Origin: Myxococcota bacterium
Lineage (GTDB): Bacteria > Myxococcota_A > UBA9160 > UBA4427
Assembly: GCA_965250285.1 (NCBI GenBank)
Contig: OZ252299.1
Coordinates: forward strand, 4,224,001 to 4,288,000
Direction of reading: 5' to 3'
DNA: 64,000 bases
Part shown: one piece after another, positions 40,391 through 49,590 of the stretch
How the letters are laid out: each line of letters starts with the position of its first letter
Position numbering within the stretch: position 1 is the stretch's first letter
Notes under the pieces: model-generated
Told to the model about the DNA's origin: nothing
Seen by the model: the letters and a program-made list of their open reading frames with translations, nothing else
Database searches by the model: none
Program-made: the position numbers and the translations under genes

Positions 40391-41191
40391 CTACTTGCGA
40401 AACTGCTTGAAGTCGGGGTCGCGCTTCTGCATGAACGCGGTGACCGCCTCGATGTTCTCGGGCGACCCGGCGAGCCGCATCATCTCGGCGTCTTCGATCT
40501 CGCGCGCATCGGCGATGTTCTGCAGATGGGTGCGCTGCAGCGTGCGTTTGATCGCGACGAGCGACGACACCGGCCAGCGCGCGATCTCGCGCGCCTTCTC
40601 GAGCATCGCCGGGAGCGCTTCGCCCTGGGGCAGCACGCGGGCCACGATGCCGAGGTCGAGCGCACGCGGGGCATCGATCCATTCGGCGGTGAACATGATC
40701 TCGTTGGCCCGCTGGCGACCGATGTTCATCTGCAGCACGTAGCTGCTCGCGATCTCGGGAACGAGACCGAGATTCGCGAACGGCAACCGCATGCGCAGCC
40801 CTTCGCCCGCGTAGGCGAAGTCAGCCGCCATGGCGATGGTCGCACCACCACCGATGGCGACGCCTTCGACCGCCGCGAGCAACGGCTTCGCGCACGCAAA
40901 GATCGAGTCGACGCACGCGAAGAACCCGCTCGGCTTGCCGTCGGCGCGCGGCTCGGGGGGCGCACCGCCGAACGAGCCGAGATCGACCCCCGACGAGAAG
41001 ATCCCGCCCGCGCCGGTCAGGACGACGACGGCCACGCGCGGGTCGGCGCTCGCTTCGTCGAGCGCACTCGCGAGCTGATCCCACTCCTGGTCCCGAAACG
41101 CGTTCTTCTTGTCGGGGCGGTTCAACGTGAGGAGCAGCACGCCCTCGTCGTCGAGCTCACGCAGCAGGGTGGGGGCGTCTTCGGTGGTCAT
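40391..41191 (-). CDS. Enoyl-CoA hydratase/isomerase (crotonase) family
   Basis: LNRPDKKNA, FSSGVDL, KPLLAAVEGVAIGGG, PFANLGLVPE. Confidence 0.92.
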   Translation of the reverse strand: MTTEDAPTLLRELDDEGVLLLTLNRPDKKNAFRDQEWDQLASALDEASADPRVAVVVLTGAGGIFSSGVDLGSFGGAPPEPRADGKPSGFFACVDSIFACAKPLLAAVEGVAIGGGATIAMAADFAYAGEGLRMRLPFANLGLVPEIASSYVLQMNIGRQRANEIMFTAEWIDAPRALDLGIVARVLPQGEALPAMLEKAREIARWPVSSLVAIKRTLQRTHLQNIADAREIEDAEMMRLAGSPENIEAVTAFMQKRDPDFKQFRK

Positions 41192-42315
41192 GGAGTCTTC
41201 GGTCCTCTGAGCGATCCATCGCTCTCGCGCGGCTTCATCACTTCGTCGGCCACCGGCTCGCTCGCCGAGTCGTCTTCGGGGTCGACCGCAGCGTCGCTCT
41301 CTCGGTCGGCCTTGCGGCCCTTCGCCTCTTCTTCGTCGATGTCGACGATGTCGTCGCCAGTGTAGCCGCACGCCTGCTTGGGCTCTTCGAGTAGCTTCTT
41401 CGCGAAGTAGATCTCACGGCGCGCATCTTCGGTCGCGGGGACGAGCGCGATCGTCTCTTCGAGCACGACGCGACCCTCGGCGAGGTGATCCTTCTTCTTC
41501 TTCGATGTCCCGATGCACAAGAGCTGCGTCCCCAGCTCAACCTGGTAGTCGAGCCGGTTCGGATGCAGCTCGAGCGCTTTGCGGCTGTGCTCGAGCGCCT
41601 TCCACTTGTCGCCGCGCACACCCACGAGCCACTTCATCAAGAAGAAGTCGGGGACCAGCCGATTGAAGATCGCGCTCGAGTAGTAGAGGTTGCCGAGGCT
41701 CGAGTTGTCCGCCGAATCCTGATGCGTGGGCTGCAGCTCGAATGCGCGCTCGAGCAGCTCGTTCATCTCGGGCAGCACGCGCACCGCGTCGACGATGCCT
41801 CCGGTGGTCAAGACGCGACCCTTGGCGATGAACTTCCACAGCATGCACTCGCCGCAGTTCGGGTCACGCTCGATCGCGAGCTCGAGCAGCGACTCGGCGC
41901 GCTTGAACCGAATGAGCTTCTCCTCCTTCTCTTCGAGAGGCAGCTGCTCGCTCGACAGCCACAGCGCGCGGGCGGCGCGCCAGTGGCCGGCGGGATTGCC
42001 CGACGGCGACTCGGCGACGCGCTCGAAGTACTCGCTCGCGCGCTCGAGGTCGCGGGCGATCGCATACTCATCGCGCCCCTCGTCGTCGGTCAGCACGCGC
42101 AGCTCGATCTCGGTCGCCTGGTTCCAGTAGCGCTCGACGTCTTCGGGGCTGAGCTCGTCGGGGGGCGCCTCGATGACGGGCGGCGGGCGGAGATCGCGCG
42201 GCTCATCGTCGGCCGTCGCGGACCCGACAGCGAGCGCGGCGACCGCCACCACCAACATGGGGCGCGCCCACACTGCAGCCCTGCTCTTCGCAGCGACTCG
42301 CCGGATCTCCCTCAT
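41188..42315 (-). CDS. Exported TPR-like helical-repeat protein
   Basis: Signal-like segment; AIERDPN, AFELQP, ALELHPN TPR ends; 4-bp overlap with the crotonase; start uncertain. Confidence 0.65.
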   Translation of the reverse strand: MREIRRVAAKSRAAVWARPMLVVAVAALAVGSATADDEPRDLRPPPVIEAPPDELSPEDVERYWNQATEIELRVLTDDEGRDEYAIARDLERASEYFERVAESPSGNPAGHWRAARALWLSSEQLPLEEKEEKLIRFKRAESLLELAIERDPNCGECMLWKFIAKGRVLTTGGIVDAVRVLPEMNELLERAFELQPTHQDSADNSSLGNLYYSSAIFNRLVPDFFLMKWLVGVRGDKWKALEHSRKALELHPNRLDYQVELGTQLLCIGTSKKKKDHLAEGRVVLEETIALVPATEDARREIYFAKKLLEEPKQACGYTGDDIVDIDEEEAKGRKADRESDAAVDPEDDSASEPVADEVMKPRESDGSLRGPKTP

Positions 42316-42437
42316 CTCGCCGCTTCTCCTCATTCGATCGCCATGAAGCCCGACCGGGAGGGGGTCGGCGGCCCCCGATGGTTCCACGAATCGGCCCCCC
42401 TGCGCCATGCCCCGATCGATTCGGTCGTGATCCGAAG

Positions 42438-43211
42438 TCAGACGGTTCGGCCTCGACTCGCGCGTTCGGCCTCGACCAGCGTCTGAGCACGGCGATAGCT
42501 ATCGAGGTTGCCGATGTCGTGGCGCTCGCCGCGCATCGCATGATGAAAGATCGGCGCGCGCGAAACGCACCACGCGACGAGTGATCCGGGCGCATCCGCG
42601 TTGGGTTGGGCTTCGAGCAATCGCGGGATCTCGGCCAGCGCATCGTCTTGCCAGAGATAGAAGGGCGGACAGACGCGGTCGCCCGGCGGCTCGTCGGCCT
42701 TCTCGACGAATTCGACCAGGCGGCCGTCGCTCGGGTCGATCACCGCGACCCCGCTGCGCTGGCGCGCCGCGAGGTCGGGCTCGACGTAGGTCAGAACGAG
42801 GTTGCGCGGTCGTCCACGAAAGTCGTCGACGAAGGCACCGAGGTCGAAGCGCACCAGATTGTCGGCTGCGGCGACGAAGAGCGGCCCAGTCAGCTCGGCA
42901 CGTTCGATCGCGAGCTGCAGGTCACCCAGCGCACCGAGCCGGGTGTCGTTGGTTTGGGCGCCATCGTCGATGATCTCGAGCTCGGCGCGCGGCCACTGGC
43001 CCCGCGCGCGCGCCCACCACGCCTCGAAGTCGGCCGCGAAGCGTCCGTTGCTGACGAGGACGAACTCGCGCAGCCCGGCGTCGCGCACGCATCGATCCAT
43101 GAGATCGTCGAGCAGGGGGCGCCCACCGACGTCGAGCAGCGGTTTCGCCTGATGTTCGGTCAGCGGGTGCAGTCGAGTCGCGAAGCCGGCACACAGAAGA
43201 ACGGCCTTCAT
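42438..43211 (-). CDS. Sugar-1-phosphate nucleotidyltransferase (NTP_transferase)
   Basis: LLCAGFATRLHPLT..KPLLDV, AADN, FVEK, DAPG, DIGN. Confidence 0.9.
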   Translation of the reverse strand: MKAVLLCAGFATRLHPLTEHQAKPLLDVGGRPLLDDLMDRCVRDAGLREFVLVSNGRFAADFEAWWARARGQWPRAELEIIDDGAQTNDTRLGALGDLQLAIERAELTGPLFVAAADNLVRFDLGAFVDDFRGRPRNLVLTYVEPDLAARQRSGVAVIDPSDGRLVEFVEKADEPPGDRVCPPFYLWQDDALAEIPRLLEAQPNADAPGSLVAWCVSRAPIFHHAMRGERHDIGNLDSYRRAQTLVEAERASRGRTV

Positions 43212-44449
43212 GAAAAGGCTCCGGCGGCCGATCGCTCGACGCGCACGCCGTCATCACTCGCCACGACGAAGACGCGGGCACGCGCCTCGAGCTCGGGAAA
43301 GGCATGCACGAACGCCGCCCGCACCGACTCGACGGCAGCGTCGGCCCGCGCCGGTTCGACGAGGGCGATCGAGCAGCCGCCAAAGCCCGCTCCGCTGAAG
43401 CGGGCCCCGTAGACACCGGGCGTGTCGACGAGGATCGACTGCAGCAAAGCGAGCTCGCGGGAGCCCGTCTCGTACTGGTGCAGTGAGCTCTCGCAGGATG
43501 CCTTCATGCGCTCGCCGAATCGCACCAGATCACCGCGTCCCCAGTCTTCGAGGCCCGCATGCACTCGGGCGCGCTCGCCAAAGAAGTGCTGGGCCCGGCG
43601 GGCGAGCTCGGCCGGGATCGAGTCGACATGGCGCTCGAACACGGCGTCGTCGAGGTCGCCGAGCCGAGGCCGTCGGTCGACGGGCGGAGCGAGCTTGGCG
43701 GCTTCGAAGAGCGCCTCGGCCGCGCGGTGGCACTCTTCGACACGGTCGTTGAAGCCGGAGGACGCCAGTCGCCGCTCGATGCCCGTGAACGCGACCAGCA
43801 CGCGGGGCATCTCGACGCCTTCGCCCAGCGCGTGCGACGCCCAGGTCTCGGTGGCCGAATCGATGAAGAGCAGCTCATTGCGTCTCGCCCCTTCGATCGA
43901 AGCCGGGTCGAGGATCCCCGACGCCACGCCGACGATCTCGTTCTCGACGCGGCGCGAGAGGGCGACCCGTTCGTGGGGCGTGAGCGCGACCTCGTTGGCG
44001 TCCGCAAAGGCCGTCAGGTACGCGAGCAGCACCGAGGCCGACGAGCTGAGACCGCTGCCGGGCAACGTGCCCGCGAGGCGACCGACGAGCCCGACCGTGG
44101 CCGACTCGGCGCGAGCGCGAAAAAGCGCGGCGGCACCGCATGCGTAGACACCCCAGTGCGGCCCGTGCGCGCGCGGGTCGACGGCCGAGAGATCGAACTC
44201 GACCGGGCCTTCGAAGTCGGCGCTCGTGAGCGAGACGCGGCCATCCCGAGTCGGCACGTAGGCCAGCAGCGTGTGCGCGTCGATCGCCATGCCGAGCATC
44301 GAACCGCCCTGATGGTCGACGTGCGCGCCGATCGGACAGACGCGGTAGGGCGAGACGACGACGCGAACGTCTTCCTCGGAGACACCCGCCCTCTCCGCCA
44401 CGTCGCCGACGAGCCGCGCGCGCTGCGAAGCCCCCGCTGCGGAGGTCAT
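43208..44449 (-). CDS. GHMP sugar kinase, galacturonokinase-like
   Basis: PYRVCPIGAHVDHQGG, PGSGLSSSA, GILD, YGARFSGAGFGG; ATG overlaps the upstream TGA. Confidence 0.88.
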   Translation of the reverse strand: MTSAAGASQRARLVGDVAERAGVSEEDVRVVVSPYRVCPIGAHVDHQGGSMLGMAIDAHTLLAYVPTRDGRVSLTSADFEGPVEFDLSAVDPRAHGPHWGVYACGAAALFRARAESATVGLVGRLAGTLPGSGLSSSASVLLAYLTAFADANEVALTPHERVALSRRVENEIVGVASGILDPASIEGARRNELLFIDSATETWASHALGEGVEMPRVLVAFTGIERRLASSGFNDRVEECHRAAEALFEAAKLAPPVDRRPRLGDLDDAVFERHVDSIPAELARRAQHFFGERARVHAGLEDWGRGDLVRFGERMKASCESSLHQYETGSRELALLQSILVDTPGVYGARFSGAGFGGCSIALVEPARADAAVESVRAAFVHAFPELEARARVFVVASDDGVRVERSAAGAFS

Positions 44450-45963
44450 CAAGCGCTCCGCGAACTCGACTCGAGCGCGGGTTCGGCGCTGGCCGCGTCT
44501 CGGGCCGGGCCGCCGGTCAACGCCGGCGACTTCGCCAGGTGCCTCGCGAAACCGTTCATCACCGCGAGATGCGCCCACGCCTGAGTCGATTGATACAGGC
44601 GCCAGGGCAGCGCCGGCGGGTAGTCGTGAATCGCCGCGAGCAGCGCGCGACCGCCGAGCACCTCGCGCAGCTCGAAGCGCGCCTCGCCGCTGTGACCGCG
44701 CCGCAGCAGCCGGCCGGCGACGATGTCCATCACGAGCCGGTCTTCGGTGCTGCGTTCGGGCAGGCTGCGCAGCACGATCATCGGGCCCCGGATGCCGGTG
44801 ATACCGAGGTGAGCATCGCCATTGTCGAGCACCCGCACGCGAATCAGCGGTCGCCAGAACGTCGGCAAGAAGCGAACGTACTCGGCGGCCGCCCAGGCCG
44901 CCGTTCGACCGGCCGGCAGCGGCAGGCGCTGGACCGAACGCACGCGGCGCGAGGCCTTCAGCTGAGCCCGCGAGCGCGCGTCGAGCCGAATGCTCGAGGT
45001 CGGCTCCTGCGGCAGCCGGGCCTCGTCGACCGCACCCTCGACGGCCTCCTCGAAGCTGAGCGCCCCGTCGGCGATCTCGTCCTGCAGAGGATTCGGCTCG
45101 GCGATGAGGTCGTGCTGCAGCGACCGAACGAGCGGCGCCACGAGCGTGGCCGGCGCCTTGCCGAAGAACATCACCCAGAGCGTCGAGAGCCTCGGCGAGA
45201 AGAGCGAGACGTTCAGCATGTAGAGCCGCCGGTTCAGCACGCCAGCCACTGCGTCCATCATCTCGCGATACGTCAGGACGGTGGCGCCTCCGATGTCGAA
45301 GGCCCCCGTGAAGCGGTCGGGCTCGGCCAAGGCACATCCGACTGCGCGCACCACGTCGGCGAGTGCGATCGGGTGTGACCGCGAATCGGTCCAGCTCGGC
45401 AACACCATGAAGGGCAGACGACGCACGAGATTGAGCAGGATCCAGAGCGACGGCCCACCCGGGCCGACGATCAGACCGGCGCGCAAGGCAGTGACGGGCA
45501 CGCCGCGACTGCCGAGCGCCTCGGCGACCTCCGCGCGGCTGCGCAGATGCGGCGAGGCCGCCGAGCCCTTCGGGAGGAGACCGCCGACGTACACGATCTG
45601 ACGCACGCCGGCTTTGGCCGCAGCCCGGGCGAAGTTGTCGGCCAGGAGCAGATCGAGATCCGAGAAGCTGCCCTGCACGAGCCGCGCGCTCGGCTGCATC
45701 GAGTGCACGAGGTAGATCGCACGGTCGGCGCCTTCGAGGGCCTGCTCGAGCTCCTGCAGCCGAAACAGATCTGCGGCGCGCCACTCGACGCCCGGCGGCG
45801 AGTCTTTCGGCGGCGTCTCGGATCGCGACAGGCCGATCAGGTGATAGCGGTCGCCCAGCGCTTCGAGCAGCGCGCGGCCGACGAAGCCGCGTGCGCCGGC
45901 GACGACCAGCGTCTCTTTCTCGGGAGGCGCGGCCGCGCCCTCGATGGAACCCGTCGCCGTCAT
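44449..45963 (-). CDS. Atypical SDR / NAD(P)-binding protein (YbjT-like)
   Basis: VAGARGFVG, YLVHSM, SPHLRSRAEV, LRAGLIVG, PIALADV. Confidence 0.8.
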   Translation of the reverse strand: MTATGSIEGAAAPPEKETLVVAGARGFVGRALLEALGDRYHLIGLSRSETPPKDSPPGVEWRAADLFRLQELEQALEGADRAIYLVHSMQPSARLVQGSFSDLDLLLADNFARAAAKAGVRQIVYVGGLLPKGSAASPHLRSRAEVAEALGSRGVPVTALRAGLIVGPGGPSLWILLNLVRRLPFMVLPSWTDSRSHPIALADVVRAVGCALAEPDRFTGAFDIGGATVLTYREMMDAVAGVLNRRLYMLNVSLFSPRLSTLWVMFFGKAPATLVAPLVRSLQHDLIAEPNPLQDEIADGALSFEEAVEGAVDEARLPQEPTSSIRLDARSRAQLKASRRVRSVQRLPLPAGRTAAWAAAEYVRFLPTFWRPLIRVRVLDNGDAHLGITGIRGPMIVLRSLPERSTEDRLVMDIVAGRLLRRGHSGEARFELREVLGGRALLAAIHDYPPALPWRLYQSTQAWAHLAVMNGFARHLAKSPALTGGPARDAASAEPALESSSRSA

Positions 45964-45988
45964 CGGGCGGTTGCCTCGAAGAGCCGGC

Positions 45989-46747
45989 TCAATCTTCGAG
46001 CACGCTCGGGTCGCGGCGAATCTCGCGCCGCGCCATCGCCTCGAAGAGGAACGGGAAGCCGTTGCCGTCGATCATCGCGCCGGTGCGATCGGCGATCTCG
46101 CTCGGCATGGGGTGCCCGCCACCGAGCGCCTCCATGTGCCAGGCCTGCCGGCACCGCCATTCGAGGGTCAGGCAGCGCAGATGGGCCTGGCGCAGATCGC
46201 GCGCCACGATGAAGACCCCGTGATTCGCGAGCAGGGCCCACTTGTGGTCGCCGAGCGCCGTCACCGCCGCGTTCGACTCGTCGTCGTCGTCGACCGTGCC
46301 ACCGTACTCGTCGAACACCGCGATGTCGCCGTCGACCTGGGCCGACGTCTGATCGTAGATCGGCGGCACGCGACGCGCGTTGGCCCACAGCGTGCCGTAG
46401 CGACTGTGGTTGTGAATGATCACCTTCACGTCCGCGCGTGCTTCGTGCACGGCGAGATGCAGGCCGATCGCCGGGGTGACGTTCCAGTCGCCCTCGAGCA
46501 CCTTGCCCTCGCGGTCGACACGCAGCACGTCACCGGCCGTGATCTCGTCCCACGCGAGCTCCCAGGGATTCACCAGCAGCGTGCCATCCGGTTGGAGCAC
46601 CGTGATGTGGCCCGCGATGTGGTCGTCGTACCCTTCCTGAAAGAGCATGCGACACATCAACGCGACTTCGGCGCGGGGCGAGAGCTCGGGCAGCAGCGGA
46701 TAGCGCCCGGGGCGCGGAGCCAGCTGCTTCATCAGATCATCGGTCAT
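45989..46747 (-). CDS. Class II aldolase/adducin family protein
   Basis: AGHIT, LHLAVH, IIHNHS, LLANHG; AGGAGG RBS. Confidence 0.9.
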   Translation of the reverse strand: MTDDLMKQLAPRPGRYPLLPELSPRAEVALMCRMLFQEGYDDHIAGHITVLQPDGTLLVNPWELAWDEITAGDVLRVDREGKVLEGDWNVTPAIGLHLAVHEARADVKVIIHNHSRYGTLWANARRVPPIYDQTSAQVDGDIAVFDEYGGTVDDDDESNAAVTALGDHKWALLANHGVFIVARDLRQAHLRCLTLEWRCRQAWHMEALGGGHPMPSEIADRTGAMIDGNGFPFLFEAMARREIRRDPSVLED

Positions 46748-46804
46748 GACGACCTCCTTGTGAGACGCGCTCGCGCGCGAGCTGCAAAGACGCAACGTCG
46801 CCGA

Positions 46805-48022
46805 TCAGGGCAGGCAGACCTTGGGCAGCGGGTGCTTGTAGAGCTTCGACGCGTTCTCGTGCGCGATCATCCGAATCTCTTCGTCGGGCAGCTCGTGCAG
46901 CACGTCGTACATCACCTGCTGCGTGTCGGGCCACGTGCCGTCGCCGTGCGGGTAGTCGGATTCGAACAGGATGTTCTCGACCCCGATTCGATGCCGGGTA
47001 CACACGGTCGATGCGTCTTCGATCATGCAGAACCAGAAGTTGCGCTTCAGCACCTCGGTCGGACCGAGGTCCTTGTCGGGCCAGCCGCTGCCGTAGCCCG
47101 ATCGGCTCATGATGTTGTCGAGGCGATCCATCAGCATGGCCACCCAGCCGATGCCGCCCTCACTCATCGCGATCTTGAGCTCGGGATAGCGCGCGGGCCA
47201 GCCGCTCCACAGCCACTCGGCGCACGCTTCGACCGCCATCGGCCCGAACATCGTCGCCCCGAGCTCGAGCATGGGCGCACCGGCCGGCATCGCCGGAAAG
47301 CCCGACGCGCCGATGTGCAGGTTCAGCACCGTCTCGGTCTCGGCACACGCGCGAACGATCGGCTCCCAGCAGGCGTCGAATACCGGCGGGTAGCCGAGCT
47401 TGTGCGGCTGTTCGGGGAACGTCACGGCGGTGAAGCCGCGCTTGGCGTTGCGGCGGATCTCCTCGGCGCCCTTCTCGGGATCGGACAGGAACGTGATGCC
47501 CAGCGGAACGATGCGGTCGGGATACTTCTGGTACCACTCTTCGAAGAGCCAGTCGTTCCAGGCCCGCATCGAGGCGAGGCCGAGCTCGGGATCCTTCGCC
47601 TCACTGAAGAGCGTGCCGCCGAAGCCGGTCACGCCCGACGGGAAGTTCACCGACGCGTACACGCCGTTGATGTCCATATCCTTGATGCGAGCGTCGATGT
47701 CGTAGCAACCGGGGCGCATCTCTTCGTAGCGCGCGGGCTCGAAGCGATGGTCTTCTTGATCGCGACCGGCCACGCACATGAAGCCCACCTGAAAGTAGGG
47801 CTGCCCCTCGAACGACCAGACCTGGTGGCCTTCTTCGGTCTCGACGACGTGGGGCGCGAGATCACCGAACTTCGCCGGCATGCGCCCCTCGAAGACGTCG
47901 GGCGGCTCCATCAGGTGATCGTCGACCGAGATCAGCGTGTAGTGCACCTGGCGCGGGTCGGGATCGGGAAGCAGCGGCTTCGTCACGGGGCGCTTGATGC
48001 CGAGTTTGATGACGCGGGGCAT
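46805..48022 (-). CDS. Amidohydrolase family (Amidohydro_2) protein
   Basis: ISVDDHLMEP, DARIKDMD, RAWNDW, LNLHIG, FESDYPHGD. Confidence 0.9.
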   Translation of the reverse strand: MPRVIKLGIKRPVTKPLLPDPDPRQVHYTLISVDDHLMEPPDVFEGRMPAKFGDLAPHVVETEEGHQVWSFEGQPYFQVGFMCVAGRDQEDHRFEPARYEEMRPGCYDIDARIKDMDINGVYASVNFPSGVTGFGGTLFSEAKDPELGLASMRAWNDWLFEEWYQKYPDRIVPLGITFLSDPEKGAEEIRRNAKRGFTAVTFPEQPHKLGYPPVFDACWEPIVRACAETETVLNLHIGASGFPAMPAGAPMLELGATMFGPMAVEACAEWLWSGWPARYPELKIAMSEGGIGWVAMLMDRLDNIMSRSGYGSGWPDKDLGPTEVLKRNFWFCMIEDASTVCTRHRIGVENILFESDYPHGDGTWPDTQQVMYDVLHELPDEEIRMIAHENASKLYKHPLPKVCLP

Positions 48023-48289
48023 GGGGGTCTCCTTCGTGTCGCGCTGGATCGGGGCGCGCGCATCTTGCTGCGAACGAAGAATCGGGCATCGGGCAGGGCC
48101 ATCTCGGCGTCACGCCGTTGCGCCGCCCGGGCGCCCGTTCATACGTCGATTCTAGCCGAGGCCCGCGCTCTGCGGGACGCCGCGCCACGCCCTACCGTGT
48201 GCGCTCGGTCTCGCGCGAGCCCCGTCGGACCTGGACGCCGCGAGCCCCCTGACCTGGTGAGACACCCCGAGCGACATGAGAAGAGCCGA

Positions 48290-49558
48290 GTGAACGAGTA
48301 CGACCGCACCCACATCTGGCATCCCTATACGTCGATCGTCGATCCGCTGCCGACCTACGAGGTGGCGAGCGCTTCCGGGGTCCGCATTCGGCTCGCCGAC
48401 GGGAGAGAGCTCGTCGACGGCATGTCGTCGTGGTGGTGCGCGATCCACGGCTACAACCACCCCGTGCTGAACGAGGCGCTGCGTGCGCAGAGCGAGCGGT
48501 TCAGTCACGTGATGTTCGGCGGCTTCACGCACGCACCGGGCGTCGAGCTCGCCCGTCGGCTGGTCGACCTGACGCCCGAAGGCCTCGAGTACGTCTTCTT
48601 CAGCGACTCGGGCTCGGTGGCCGTCGAGGTCGCCCTCAAGATGGTCATTCAGTACCAGCACGCGCTCGGTCGGCCCGAGAAGCATCGCCTGCTCACGATC
48701 CGGGGCGGCTATCACGGCGACACGTTCGGCGCGATGTCGGTGTGTGACCCGGTGACCGGCATGCACGGCCTCTTCACGGGCACCCTGCCCCAGCAGCACT
48801 TCGCCCCCAAACCGCTGACCCGCTTCGGCGAGCCCGGGGCCGAGGCCGACCTCGAAGCCCTCGAAGCCGAGCTGTCGGCGCATCACGCATCGATCGCCGC
48901 GTTGATCCTCGAACCCATCGTTCAGGGGGCCGGGGGGATGTGGTTCTACTCGGCCGACTATCTGCGCGGCGCAGCCGAGCTCTGCCGTCGGTACGACGTG
49001 CTCTTCGTCTTCGACGAGATCGCGACGGGTTTCGGCCGCACGGGCGCGCTCTTCGCCGCCGAGCACGCCGGGGTCTCGCCCGACATCATGTGCGTCGGCA
49101 AGGCGATCACCGGCGGCGTGATGAGCTTCGCCGCCACCATCGCGAACGACCTCGTGCGCGACGGGCTGTCGACGGACGGCGGCGTGCTGATGCACGGCCC
49201 CACGTTCATGGGCAACGCCCTCGCCTGCAGCGTGGCTACGGCCAGCCTCGACCTGCTGATGCAGGGCGACTGGCGAGGCAATACGGCGCGCATCGAGGCG
49301 CGGCTGCGTGCGGGGCTCGAGCGCTACCGCAACCACGACGCCGTGGCCGACGTGCGATGCCTGGGCGCGATCGGCGTCGTCGAAACGAATCGACCGGTGC
49401 AGGTCGCCGAGATGCAGCGCGTCTTCATCGAACGCGGGGCCTGGATTCGGCCCTTCGACCACCTGGTCTACCTGATGCCGCCGTACGTGACCGAGGACGC
49501 CGATCTCGACCTGCTCTGCGACGCGATCGGGCCGGGCCTCGACGTGCTGCTCGACTGA
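48290..49558 (+). CDS. bioA: Adenosylmethionine-8-amino-7-oxononanoate aminotransferase
   Basis: HIWHPYT, DGMSSWW, SGSVAVEVALK, GYHGDT, DEIATGFGRTG, GKAITGG, HGPTFMGN, YLMPPY. Confidence 0.95.
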   Translation: MNEYDRTHIWHPYTSIVDPLPTYEVASASGVRIRLADGRELVDGMSSWWCAIHGYNHPVLNEALRAQSERFSHVMFGGFTHAPGVELARRLVDLTPEGLEYVFFSDSGSVAVEVALKMVIQYQHALGRPEKHRLLTIRGGYHGDTFGAMSVCDPVTGMHGLFTGTLPQQHFAPKPLTRFGEPGAEADLEALEAELSAHHASIAALILEPIVQGAGGMWFYSADYLRGAAELCRRYDVLFVFDEIATGFGRTGALFAAEHAGVSPDIMCVGKAITGGVMSFAATIANDLVRDGLSTDGGVLMHGPTFMGNALACSVATASLDLLMQGDWRGNTARIEARLRAGLERYRNHDAVADVRCLGAIGVVETNRPVQVAEMQRVFIERGAWIRPFDHLVYLMPPYVTEDADLDLLCDAIGPGLDVLLD

Positions 49559-49590
49559 AGCGCGCAGGCCGGTTCGCCACCGGCGCAGGC

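Noticed and set aside
44450..45784. 858-aa ORF suggesting a long N-terminal extension on the GHMP kinase
   Set aside because: The extension is an Arg-rich alternate frame over the YbjT-like gene; a coupled ATG exists at 44449.
45944..48289. 1204-aa ORF suggesting a giant BioA fusion
   Set aside because: The N-terminal 780 aa are the antisense shadow of the aldolase and amidohydrolase genes; BioA similarity begins near 48290.
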